Shown here: positions 1-8,846 of the stretch, piece by piece | How the letters are laid out: each line of letters begins with the position of its first letter | How positions within the stretch are numbered: position 1 is the stretch's first letter | DNA from: an uncultured Gemmatimonadales bacterium | GTDB lineage: Bacteria; Gemmatimonadota; Gemmatimonadetes; Gemmatimonadales; GWC2-71-9 | Length of the DNA: 64,000 nt | Assembly (NCBI GenBank): GCA_963771275.1 | Contig: CAVYSW010000010.1 | Location: forward strand, 512,001 to 576,000 | Direction of reading: 5' to 3' | Notes under the pieces: model-generated | Database searches by the model: none | Told to the model about the DNA's origin: nothing | The model's input: the letters and a program-made list of their open reading frames with translations, nothing else | Translations under genes and position numbers: made by a program

Positions 1-1379
<1,379 letters not shown>

Positions 1380-1510
1380 AGTTGACTTAGCTCGTCGAAC
1401 GACCGAAGTCGTCCGAATCACGTCAGAGTTTCAATCCCTCGCGACCATCGTCTGACCGATCGTCGCTATTAACGGGACCGCACTCCATCCAACCATCCCA
1501 CGTCAATCGG

Positions 1511-1522
1511 TTGTCAAAGATC
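1511..1522 (-). promoter_or_regulatory. rrn boxA-like antitermination element
   Basis: GATCTTTGACAA on the minus strand in the rRNA leader, close to the boxA consensus GCTCTTTAACAA. Confidence 0.7.
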
Positions 1523-1563
1523 AAGGCCGGGAGCACCGGAACGGCGTTCCCGGCAAGCATAGA

Positions 1564-1592
1564 AGAGTAGAGAACGTATGGTGATGCGTCAA
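1564..1592 (-). promoter_or_regulatory. sigma70-type rRNA operon promoter
   Basis: TTGACG-17 bp-TACTCT upstream of boxA and 16S. Confidence 0.75.
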
Positions 1593-1639
1593 GGGCTACG
1601 CGTACTCGGTGGGGAGCTTCACGCGCTGGCGCGCGCAGA

Positions 1640-3466
1640 TCACGCCGCCGGGTCGAGCCCCAGCGCGCCGCGCACGGCCTGCAGCAGCGCGAGCGGGTGA
1701 ATCGGCGGCCTCAGGCAGCCCGCGAGCGCCAGGTCGTGCACCCGCGCCGCCACCAACGCGGGGTCATCCGCCGTGGCCAGCACGACGCGCAGCCCCGGGG
1801 ACACGGCGCTGAGGTCCCGCGCCACGTCCTCCGGCGTCCCGTCCGGCACCGCGCCGACCACCGCGACGGTGACCTCGCGACCCCGGGCCCGGAGCGCCTG
1901 CAGCGCCGCGGGTGCCGCCGCGGCGGTGACCACGGTGAGGCCCGCCCGCCCGAGCGCCACTTCTGCGCCCGCCCGCACGTCGGGATCGGCCTCCACGACC
2001 AGCGCCGTTCCGGTGAGCCTGCCGGTGGCGCCGGCGCCGTCCGCCTGGAGCCGGTCCTCGAGCGATCGCACGATCCACTGGTATCCCAGCATGCGGCCCT
2101 GCGCGTCCTTCCGCCGCACGGCCGACACGAGACCCGGGAACGCCGAGCCGTCCTGCCGCTGCAACTCGGCCTCGAGCCGCGCGACGGCCCCGTGCTCCGC
2201 CATCTGTCGCTGGAACCGGCGCACGTCCTCGACACGCGGCATGATCGCGCGCGCGTCGAGCCCGACGAACTCACCGCGCCGATAGCCGAACAGCTCCAGC
2301 GCCGCCGCGTTGGCCTCGACGATCTCCCCGGCGCGCGTCGTGAGGTAGATGGCGTCGAGAGCCTGCTCGAGCAACGCCGCATAGCGCGCTTCGCTCTCGG
2401 CGAGCGCGTCGGCGGCGTGCCGGCGCCCCTTGACGTCCCGCACCACTGCGAGCACGTACTCGGTACCGACCACGTCGTGCGAGGCGACGGCCACCTCCAC
2501 CGGGAAGGTCGAGCCATCGAGCCGCCGGTGAAGACCCTCGAACACCAGCGGCCGGCGACTGTCCCGGGTCTCCGTGAACTGGACGTCGAACGCGAGTGGC
2601 GGCACCACCGGAAACTCGAGCCCGAGCGTCCGCACGTTCTGCCCCACCAGCTCGGCACGCGGCCGGCGCAGCCAGCGGCAGGCCGTCTCGTTCAGGTCGA
2701 TGAGCGCATCCGTGGCCGGATCGGTCACGAAGACCGCCTCGCCCGCCGCGTCCAACAGGGTTCGGAACCGCTCGAGCCCGTGCTGGACCGCGCCCCGCTC
2801 CGTCTCTTCACGACTCAAGTCTGCCCGCGCCTGGGCGAGGTCGGCATTGCGCTCGTCCAGCAGCCGGCGGAGGTCCGCGTGCTCGGCCTCGAGTGCCCGC
2901 TGCGCCCGCTTGTAGCGGGTCACGTCGCGCGCGATGATCGTCGCAGACACGACCTTGCCGTCCCGCACGTTGGGCGCGATGCGGCACTCGTACGAGGCGT
3001 CGGCGTCGTGCTGTTGGATGCCGTTCAGTTCGAGGCCGTCGGCACGGCCTGCGGCGAACACGCGATCCATCGCTTCGCGCACGAGCAGGTGCTGTTCCGG
3101 GAAGATCCAGTCGTACAGGTCCGAACCGATGACGTCTTCTTCGCCGCGCTTGCCCAGCGGCCGGTTCACGTAGAGCACCGTGCCGTCGGCACGCACGATG
3201 AAGACGAGATCGGGTGGATACTCGGTGCCGGACACCTCGCCCCCGTCCGCGTCCTCCCCGGGCCGCTGGGCCAGCGAGGGGATTGCGCGGGTCGTCCGGG
3301 TTGCCGCGGTCCCCCGCTCCGTGGCAGGCGGATGATGTTCCGCGAATAGGCGAGGAGAGGTCGGACGTCCAAGACGCACCGGCCGCTCCGCGGACCCGGC
3401 AACGGCGTTGGGGCCGGCAGCGGGCCTGCCAACCTCAGGCTCGAGCGGATCAGGTGGACTCGTCAT
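1640..3466 (-). CDS. Multi-PAS domain protein with C-terminal degenerate receiver-like domain (start uncertain)
   Basis: Three PAS/PAC repeats (IVRADGTVLYVN...IARDVT; VFVTDP...N..AC...VVRDV; IYLTTRAGEIVEAN..A..LFGY), a coiled coil and a REC-like tail (ALVVEADPDVR). Confidence 0.8.
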   Translation of the reverse strand: MTSPPDPLEPEVGRPAAGPNAVAGSAERPVRLGRPTSPRLFAEHHPPATERGTAATRTTRAIPSLAQRPGEDADGGEVSGTEYPPDLVFIVRADGTVLYVNRPLGKRGEEDVIGSDLYDWIFPEQHLLVREAMDRVFAAGRADGLELNGIQQHDADASYECRIAPNVRDGKVVSATIIARDVTRYKRAQRALEAEHADLRRLLDERNADLAQARADLSREETERGAVQHGLERFRTLLDAAGEAVFVTDPATDALIDLNETACRWLRRPRAELVGQNVRTLGLEFPVVPPLAFDVQFTETRDSRRPLVFEGLHRRLDGSTFPVEVAVASHDVVGTEYVLAVVRDVKGRRHAADALAESEARYAALLEQALDAIYLTTRAGEIVEANAAALELFGYRRGEFVGLDARAIMPRVEDVRRFQRQMAEHGAVARLEAELQRQDGSAFPGLVSAVRRKDAQGRMLGYQWIVRSLEDRLQADGAGATGRLTGTALVVEADPDVRAGAEVALGRAGLTVVTAAAAPAALQALRARGREVTVAVVGAVPDGTPEDVARDLSAVSPGLRVVLATADDPALVAARVHDLALAGCLRPPIHPLALLQAVRGALGLDPAA

Positions 3467-3795
3467 CGTTCGCCGCGCTCCTAGGCTATTCTGCCCCGTC
3501 GCCGGGTGCGCCGCCAGGGTGTCGGTCGCCGTGTCGGTCATCGACGTGGAATCAGGCAAGACACGTGCCGAGTGGCTGGCGGCTAACTGATGTGATTTAA
3601 ATAGGTTACACACCAGGGCCGAGAACCAACATCATCGAAATGGCCAAAGTGGTTCATAGCGCGAGAGATACAGCACTGTGCTGACTCGGCGTGGAGGCGT
3701 AGATTCCGGCCCGCCGCCCCAGTCCCTGACGGACGACGCGCCGCCGGCCGGATGTGGGGTGGTCTGGGAGAACGCAAATCGCGCATGAGTCCACC

Positions 3796-5127
3796 GTGAC
3801 GCAGGGCACAGGGCGGGACACGCTCGGAACCGTGGTAGAGGCCCGGTGGGTGGTCCCCGTCGAGCCCTTTGGAGTCGTCCTGCGTGACCACGCTGTGGTG
3901 GTGCACGACGGGCGGGTGCTTGCGGTGCTGCCTTCTGATGACGCCCGAACCCGCTATCCGGCGCTCTCTCGGGTGGTGCTCCCGACGCACCTGCTGATCC
4001 CGGGGCTGATCAACCTCCACACCCATGCCGCCATGGTGCTGATGCGGGGGATCGCGGACGACCTCCCGCTCAGGCAATGGCTCGAGCAACACATCTGGCC
4101 GGCCGAGTCGCAGCACGTCTCGCCGGAGTTCGTGTACGACGGCACCCTGGTCGCAGCCGCGGAGATGCTGCGCGGCGGAGTCACGTGCTTCCAGGACATG
4201 TACTTCTTCCCGGAGTCGGTCGCCCGCGCCGCGCGCGACGCCCGCATTCGCGCCGTCGTGGGATTGATCACGCTGGAGTTCCCGACCCCGTACGCGCGCG
4301 GGCCGGCGCAATACCTGGCGCGCGGCCTCGACGTGCGCGCGCGCTTCGCGCAGGACCCGTGGGTGTCGTTCGCGATCGCCCCGCATGCCCCCTACACCGT
4401 GAGCGACGCCACCTTCAGGGGCGCGGTGCGCGCCGCCGAGGACCACGATCTCCGGGTGCACCTGCACGTGCACGAGACGGCCGGAGAGATCGTCGAGAGT
4501 CAGAGGCAGCACGGGTGCCGCCCGCTTGAGCGACTGGGGGCGCTCGGAGTCGTGAGTCCGCGTCTGGTCGCGGCGCACTGCGTCCATCTGACCGATGCGG
4601 AGATCACGCTGCTCGCGGAGCGCGGGGCCCACGTGGCCCACTGCCCCGCCGCGAACCTCAAGCTGGCCAGTGGGATCGCGCCGGTCGCGGCCCTGGTGGA
4701 TCGCGGGGTGAACGTGGGTGTGGGCACCGACGGTGCCGCCAGCAACAACCGGCTCGACATGCTGGCGGAGCTGCGGCTCACGGCGCTGCTTGGCAAGGCG
4801 GCCGCGGGTCGCGCCGACGCGCTTCCCGCGCACCAGGTCCTGGCCATGGGAACCATCAACGCGGCCCGCGCGCTCGGGCTGGAGACGCGCATCGGGTCGA
4901 TCGTTCCGGGCAAGGAAGCCGACCTGGTCGCCCTGGATTTCAGCGCGCTCGAGCTGCAGCCGGTGTTCGATCCCGTCTCCCACACCGTCTACGCCGCGGG
5001 TCGGGAGGCCGTGACGCACGTGTGGGTGCGAGGGGAGCCCGTCGTGGTCAACGGAGCGTTGCGCACGGTTGACATCGACGCAGCTTGCGCGCGGGCCGCC
5101 GCCTGGGGCGCGCGGCTCGCCGGGTAG
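3796..5127 (+). CDS. mtaD: TRZ/ATZ amidohydrolase, MTA/SAH/5'-deoxyadenosine deaminase-like
   Basis: PGLINLHTH, APHAPY, HLHVHET, AAHCVH, GTDGAASNN motifs; adjacent to mtnA. Confidence 0.85.
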   Translation: MTQGTGRDTLGTVVEARWVVPVEPFGVVLRDHAVVVHDGRVLAVLPSDDARTRYPALSRVVLPTHLLIPGLINLHTHAAMVLMRGIADDLPLRQWLEQHIWPAESQHVSPEFVYDGTLVAAAEMLRGGVTCFQDMYFFPESVARAARDARIRAVVGLITLEFPTPYARGPAQYLARGLDVRARFAQDPWVSFAIAPHAPYTVSDATFRGAVRAAEDHDLRVHLHVHETAGEIVESQRQHGCRPLERLGALGVVSPRLVAAHCVHLTDAEITLLAERGAHVAHCPAANLKLASGIAPVAALVDRGVNVGVGTDGAASNNRLDMLAELRLTALLGKAAAGRADALPAHQVLAMGTINAARALGLETRIGSIVPGKEADLVALDFSALELQPVFDPVSHTVYAAGREAVTHVWVRGEPVVVNGALRTVDIDAACARAAAWGARLAG

Positions 5128-5135
5128 GCTGGACG

Positions 5136-6173
5136 GTGCGCGTCGCGGGGGTGCCGTATCGTTCCATCGCGCTGTCTGCCGACGGCTGGGCGGTCGATAT
5201 CGTCGACCAGGCGGCTCTGCCCCACGCGTTTCGCCTGGTGAGGCTGGAGAGCCTCGCGGCGGTGGCCGAGGCCATTCGCACGATGCGGCTGCGCGGCGCG
5301 CCGTTGATCGGCGCGGGGGCGGCGTACGGCTTGGCCCTGGCGATGCGCGCCGACGCATCGGACCGCGCGCTCGACGACGCGGTCCGCGCGCTGTTGCGCA
5401 CGCGGCCGACGGCGGTCAATCTGCGCGGGGCCGTGGATGACATGGAGATGCGGCTCCGTCCGTTGCGGCCGGGGGAGCGGGTGCGCGCCGCGTACGCCCG
5501 CGCGGCCGCGTTGTGCGATGAGGACGTGGAGATCAACGCGCAGATTGGGTACCATGGTGTGACCGTGATCCGCGACCGCTGGCTGCGCCTCCAGCGCCCG
5601 ATCAACGTGATGACCCACTGCAACGCGGGCTGGCTGGCCACGGTCGACGGGGGCACCGCGTTGGCGCCGGTCTACCTCGCGCACGCCGACGGGATCCCGC
5701 TGCATGTGTGGGTGAGCGAGACCCGGCCCCGCAACCAGGGTGCGCTCACGGCGTGGGAGCTGGCGCAGGAGGGGGTGCCGCACACGGTGTTCGTGGACAG
5801 CGCCGCCGGCCATCTGATGCAGCGGGGCCTGGTGGATCTCTGCCTCGTGGGAACCGACCGCACGACGGCACGGGGCGACGTCGCCAACAAGATCGGCACA
5901 TATCCCAAGGCGCTCGCCGCGCGCGAGCACGGCGTGCCGTTCTACGTCGTGGTGCCGAGCCCGTCGATCGACTGGACGCTGGAAAGCGGGACGGACATCC
6001 CGATTGAAGAGCGCGACCCGGCGGAGCTCTCAACCATGACCGGCGTCCCGGTGCTGAACGTGGCGTTCGATGTGACACCCGCCGACCTGGTGACCGGCCT
6101 GATTACCGAGCGCGGGATCTGCCCCGCCACCCACGAGGGGCTGGCCCGGCTGTTCCCCGATCGGGGGGCGTGA
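5136..6173 (+). CDS. mtnA: S-methyl-5-thioribose-1-phosphate isomerase
   Basis: RGAPLIG, TRPTAVNL, THCNAGWLAT, ETRPRNQG, ANKIGTY, AFDVTP motifs. Confidence 0.95.
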   Translation: MRVAGVPYRSIALSADGWAVDIVDQAALPHAFRLVRLESLAAVAEAIRTMRLRGAPLIGAGAAYGLALAMRADASDRALDDAVRALLRTRPTAVNLRGAVDDMEMRLRPLRPGERVRAAYARAAALCDEDVEINAQIGYHGVTVIRDRWLRLQRPINVMTHCNAGWLATVDGGTALAPVYLAHADGIPLHVWVSETRPRNQGALTAWELAQEGVPHTVFVDSAAGHLMQRGLVDLCLVGTDRTTARGDVANKIGTYPKALAAREHGVPFYVVVPSPSIDWTLESGTDIPIEERDPAELSTMTGVPVLNVAFDVTPADLVTGLITERGICPATHEGLARLFPDRGA

Positions 6174-6856
6174 TGCGTGGTGCCCGGGGTGACCTCGCCG
6201 TGCGGCGGGCGGTGATCGCCGCGGCCCGGCGGATGAACGCGCTGGGGATCAATTGCGGGACATCAGGCAATGTGAGCGCCCGCGTGGACCAGGGGTTCCT
6301 GATTACGCCGTCCGCCCGCCCGTACGACGCGATGCGGCCGCAAGACGTGGTCGCGCTCGCGCCCGACGGGACGCAGCGCGCCGCGCCGCGCCGCCGCCCG
6401 TCCACCGAGTGGCGGCTTCACGCGGCCGTGTACGCCGGCCGGCCCGACGTTGGGGCGATCGTGCATGCGCACCCAACCTACGCCACCGCGCTCGCCTGTC
6501 TGCGGCGCGGCATTCCCCCATTTCACTACATGGTAGCTGTCGCGGGCGGGCCCGATATCCGCTGCAGCGGGTATGCTACGTTCGGGACGCAGGCGCTTGC
6601 CGAGGCCGCAGTCGTCGCGTTGCGGGACCGGCGGGCCTGCCTACTCGCGAACCACGGCCTCGTGGCGTGCGGCGTCACGCCGGAGGACGCGCTGGCGCTG
6701 GCGGTCGAAGTGGAAGCGCTGGCGGCGCAGTACTCGCACGCGCTGCAGATTGGCGAGCCCGTGCTGCTCGATGACGACGAGATGCGGCGGGTAGAGGAGC
6801 GGTTTCGCGACTACTATGCCGGGCGACGCAACCCCGGGAGGCATGCGGATGACTGA
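6173..6856 (+). CDS. Class II aldolase, FucA/Ald2-like
   Basis: GTSGNVS, PSTEWRLH, HAHP, HYMVAVAGG, YATFGT, LANHG; TGATG overlap with mtnA. Confidence 0.9.
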   Translation: MRGARGDLAVRRAVIAAARRMNALGINCGTSGNVSARVDQGFLITPSARPYDAMRPQDVVALAPDGTQRAAPRRRPSTEWRLHAAVYAGRPDVGAIVHAHPTYATALACLRRGIPPFHYMVAVAGGPDIRCSGYATFGTQALAEAAVVALRDRRACLLANHGLVACGVTPEDALALAVEVEALAAQYSHALQIGEPVLLDDDEMRRVEERFRDYYAGRRNPGRHADD

Positions 6857-7070
6857 GCAACGGTCTCTCTTGGTACTTCGCTGGGCGTGGTTTGTCCTGG
6901 CGTTCCTGTCCCTGCTCGTGCTGGCCCGAATGACCCGCTACGCGCCGGAAGGCGATGGGTATTTCTGGGATCGATGGAAGCACCGGGAATGCGAGGCGAT
7001 CGAGGGCGGCCTGGATTGCTCGGTCGTGGACGAGCGCGCGGTGCAGACGGCGAGGGTCGGGGGCGTCTAG
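6849..7070 (+). CDS. Small single-TM hypothetical protein
   Basis: Overlaps the aldolase stop; hydrophobic segment followed by a short two-Cys tail. Confidence 0.55.
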   Translation: MTEQRSLLVLRWAWFVLAFLSLLVLARMTRYAPEGDGYFWDRWKHRECEAIEGGLDCSVVDERAVQTARVGGV

Positions 7071-7123
7071 CCTCACTGCCGCGGCCTGCGGGAACCCGGT
7101 CGGCCGGCGTCGGGCCGGTCGCG

Positions 7124-8500
7124 TCAGGGCGGCGTCGCGGGAATGGGGGCGGCGAGGTCGCGCGCCGAGAGAATCTGCGTCATCCAGTCGCGCCGCCCGA
7201 ACACCACGAAGCGCTCTTCCCGGTCGCCGTTCAGCACGACCGCCAGCCCATCGCCCACGATGCTGATGCCGCGCCGCGGCTCGACGGCGGTGATCTCCGC
7301 GAGCGGGTAGGACTCCTCGTGCACCTGGATGTTGAAGCGGTGGGACTTGAAAACGAGTCGCCGGTCCGTGAGGAACAGCTTGCCGCCAACGGCCTCCATG
7401 CCCTTGAAATGACTCGCCCCGCCCTGCTTGAGGACCGTCTCCGGAGCATGACTGGTTGACACCATCGCGTTCCTCGCCGAGCCGAGTGTCTCCCACAATG
7501 TACACCGCTGGTGAAGGGAAGCTGAAGCGGCGATGAAAAGCGTGCCGGGACGGACTGGAATCAGCACGCGGAGCGCGGCGGGCGCGATGCGGATGGCCAG
7601 CCGATGCCGGAGCCCGAGCCATTCTCCGTCTCCGAACGCTCCCACCAGCCGATCTGCGCGGAACGTGAGGTGGGTCAGGTGCGCGAGCCGGCGGGCGTGG
7701 CGACGGAGTGGCCGCCCCGCGCGAACGCGCAGCAGCGTATCGAGAATGGCGGGCCGTGTGGTGGCGGTCACCAGCAGGGCGGCGAACGTCCCCGACCGGA
7801 GCTGGGACGCGGGCACCAGCTCGAGACCGCCGCCGAAGCGATCCACCGTGCCGACCAAGAGGGCCGATACCCGGCTCGGCGCTGCGGGCTCGGTGCCCAG
7901 TCCGATGCGGCAGGTCGCCGGCTCGGGCCCATATTGCAGAATCCGATGTGCTGCGGCGAGCGTATAGATCGCCTTTCCGAGAGCCTGTGCCGGACGACCG
8001 ATCCATGGCCGCGCCTTCAATCGGTTGCATGTGCGGGCCACGTGCGCGGGAAAGCCGAGGCCGCCGACCGTGGCCACCCAGTCGTGTCCCATTCGCAGCA
8101 GGTCGATCGCGCTGGTCTCCGCCGTCTCGATTTCCGCCAGCGCGGGACCGAGCGCGGTCGACATGCCGAGTCGGCGCGCGAGATCGTTGGAGGTCCCGAG
8201 CGGCAGGACACCCAAGGCCGTTCCGGTGCCGGCGAGTGCCTGGATTGCCTGGTGCAGGGTGCCGTCACCGCCGGCCACGAGCAACAGCTGGACGCGGTCG
8301 TTCACCGCGCGAGCCGCCAGCTCCTGCGCCGACCCGTCCCGGCCGACTTCGAGGATCGCCGCGTCCTCGACGCCGAGCCGGTGGGCGATGTGCTCGACGG
8401 CCGGCCGCCGGACCCCACCGGCAAACGGGTTCACGATCAGGACCGCGTGTCGCGCGGGGGCGTCGAGGCTGAGGGGTCGGAGGATTGGTGAGCCGCTCAT
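7124..8500 (-). CDS. YegS/diacylglycerol kinase-family lipid kinase read in-frame into a GRAM/PH-like domain (probable separate start at 7465)
   Basis: IVNPFAG, AGGDGT, LPLGTSND, DGE motifs; C-terminal GGKLFLTDRRLVFKSH. Confidence 0.8.
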   Translation of the reverse strand: MSGSPILRPLSLDAPARHAVLIVNPFAGGVRRPAVEHIAHRLGVEDAAILEVGRDGSAQELAARAVNDRVQLLLVAGGDGTLHQAIQALAGTGTALGVLPLGTSNDLARRLGMSTALGPALAEIETAETSAIDLLRMGHDWVATVGGLGFPAHVARTCNRLKARPWIGRPAQALGKAIYTLAAAHRILQYGPEPATCRIGLGTEPAAPSRVSALLVGTVDRFGGGLELVPASQLRSGTFAALLVTATTRPAILDTLLRVRAGRPLRRHARRLAHLTHLTFRADRLVGAFGDGEWLGLRHRLAIRIAPAALRVLIPVRPGTLFIAASASLHQRCTLWETLGSARNAMVSTSHAPETVLKQGGASHFKGMEAVGGKLFLTDRRLVFKSHRFNIQVHEESYPLAEITAVEPRRGISIVGDGLAVVLNGDREERFVVFGRRDWMTQILSARDLAAPIPATPP

Positions 8501-8647
8501 GCGAGGGATCCCCGTGGGTGTTGCGGAGAACCTCGGGGACGCCCGTCAAGCGGGTGTCAAGGCAGCGGACGAGATCTCACCTGGAAGTTGAAGCGGATCG
8601 TGAAACGCGTTGCTCGGAAATGACTTGGGACATCTGATGCAGTATTA

Positions 8648-8722
8648 TGCGCCCGGGAGGATTCGAACCTCCGACCCTCGGCTTAGAAGGCCGATGCTCT
8701 GTCCGGGCTGAGCTACGGGCGC
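8648..8722 (-). tRNA. tRNA-Arg(TCT)
   Basis: Cloverleaf GCGCCCGTAGCTCAG...CTTCTAA...GGTTCGAATCC..GGGCGCA; CCA not encoded. Confidence 0.95.
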
Positions 8723-8797
8723 CCGGTCCGGAGTCGAATCTAACGATGTCAGCCAGGGCCCCCAAGACGCCCCGCACGGTCCGGCTCGCGACGGAGT

Positions 8798-8813
8798 TGG
8801 CGCACCGCTTGCA
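8798..8813 (+). promoter_or_regulatory. Putative sigma54 (-24/-12) promoter
   Basis: TGGCGCA-CCGC-TTGCA with exact GG-N10-GC spacing, ending 33 nt before the kinase ATG. Confidence 0.65.
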
Positions 8814-8846
8814 ATCTTCGGGACGACGACGGAATGTTGGCGATAG

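Noticed and set aside
3613..3795. SAM or SAH riboswitch upstream of mtaD
   Set aside because: No recognisable SAM-I/II or SAH core motifs by eye; an Rfam scan would be decisive.
7322..8596. 18/19-nt direct repeat CACCTGGA(T/A)GTTGAAGCGG at 7322-7340 and 8578-8596 near tRNA-Arg
   Set aside because: One copy is inside coding sequence, neither matches the tRNA 3' end, and no integrase is present; plausibly chance.
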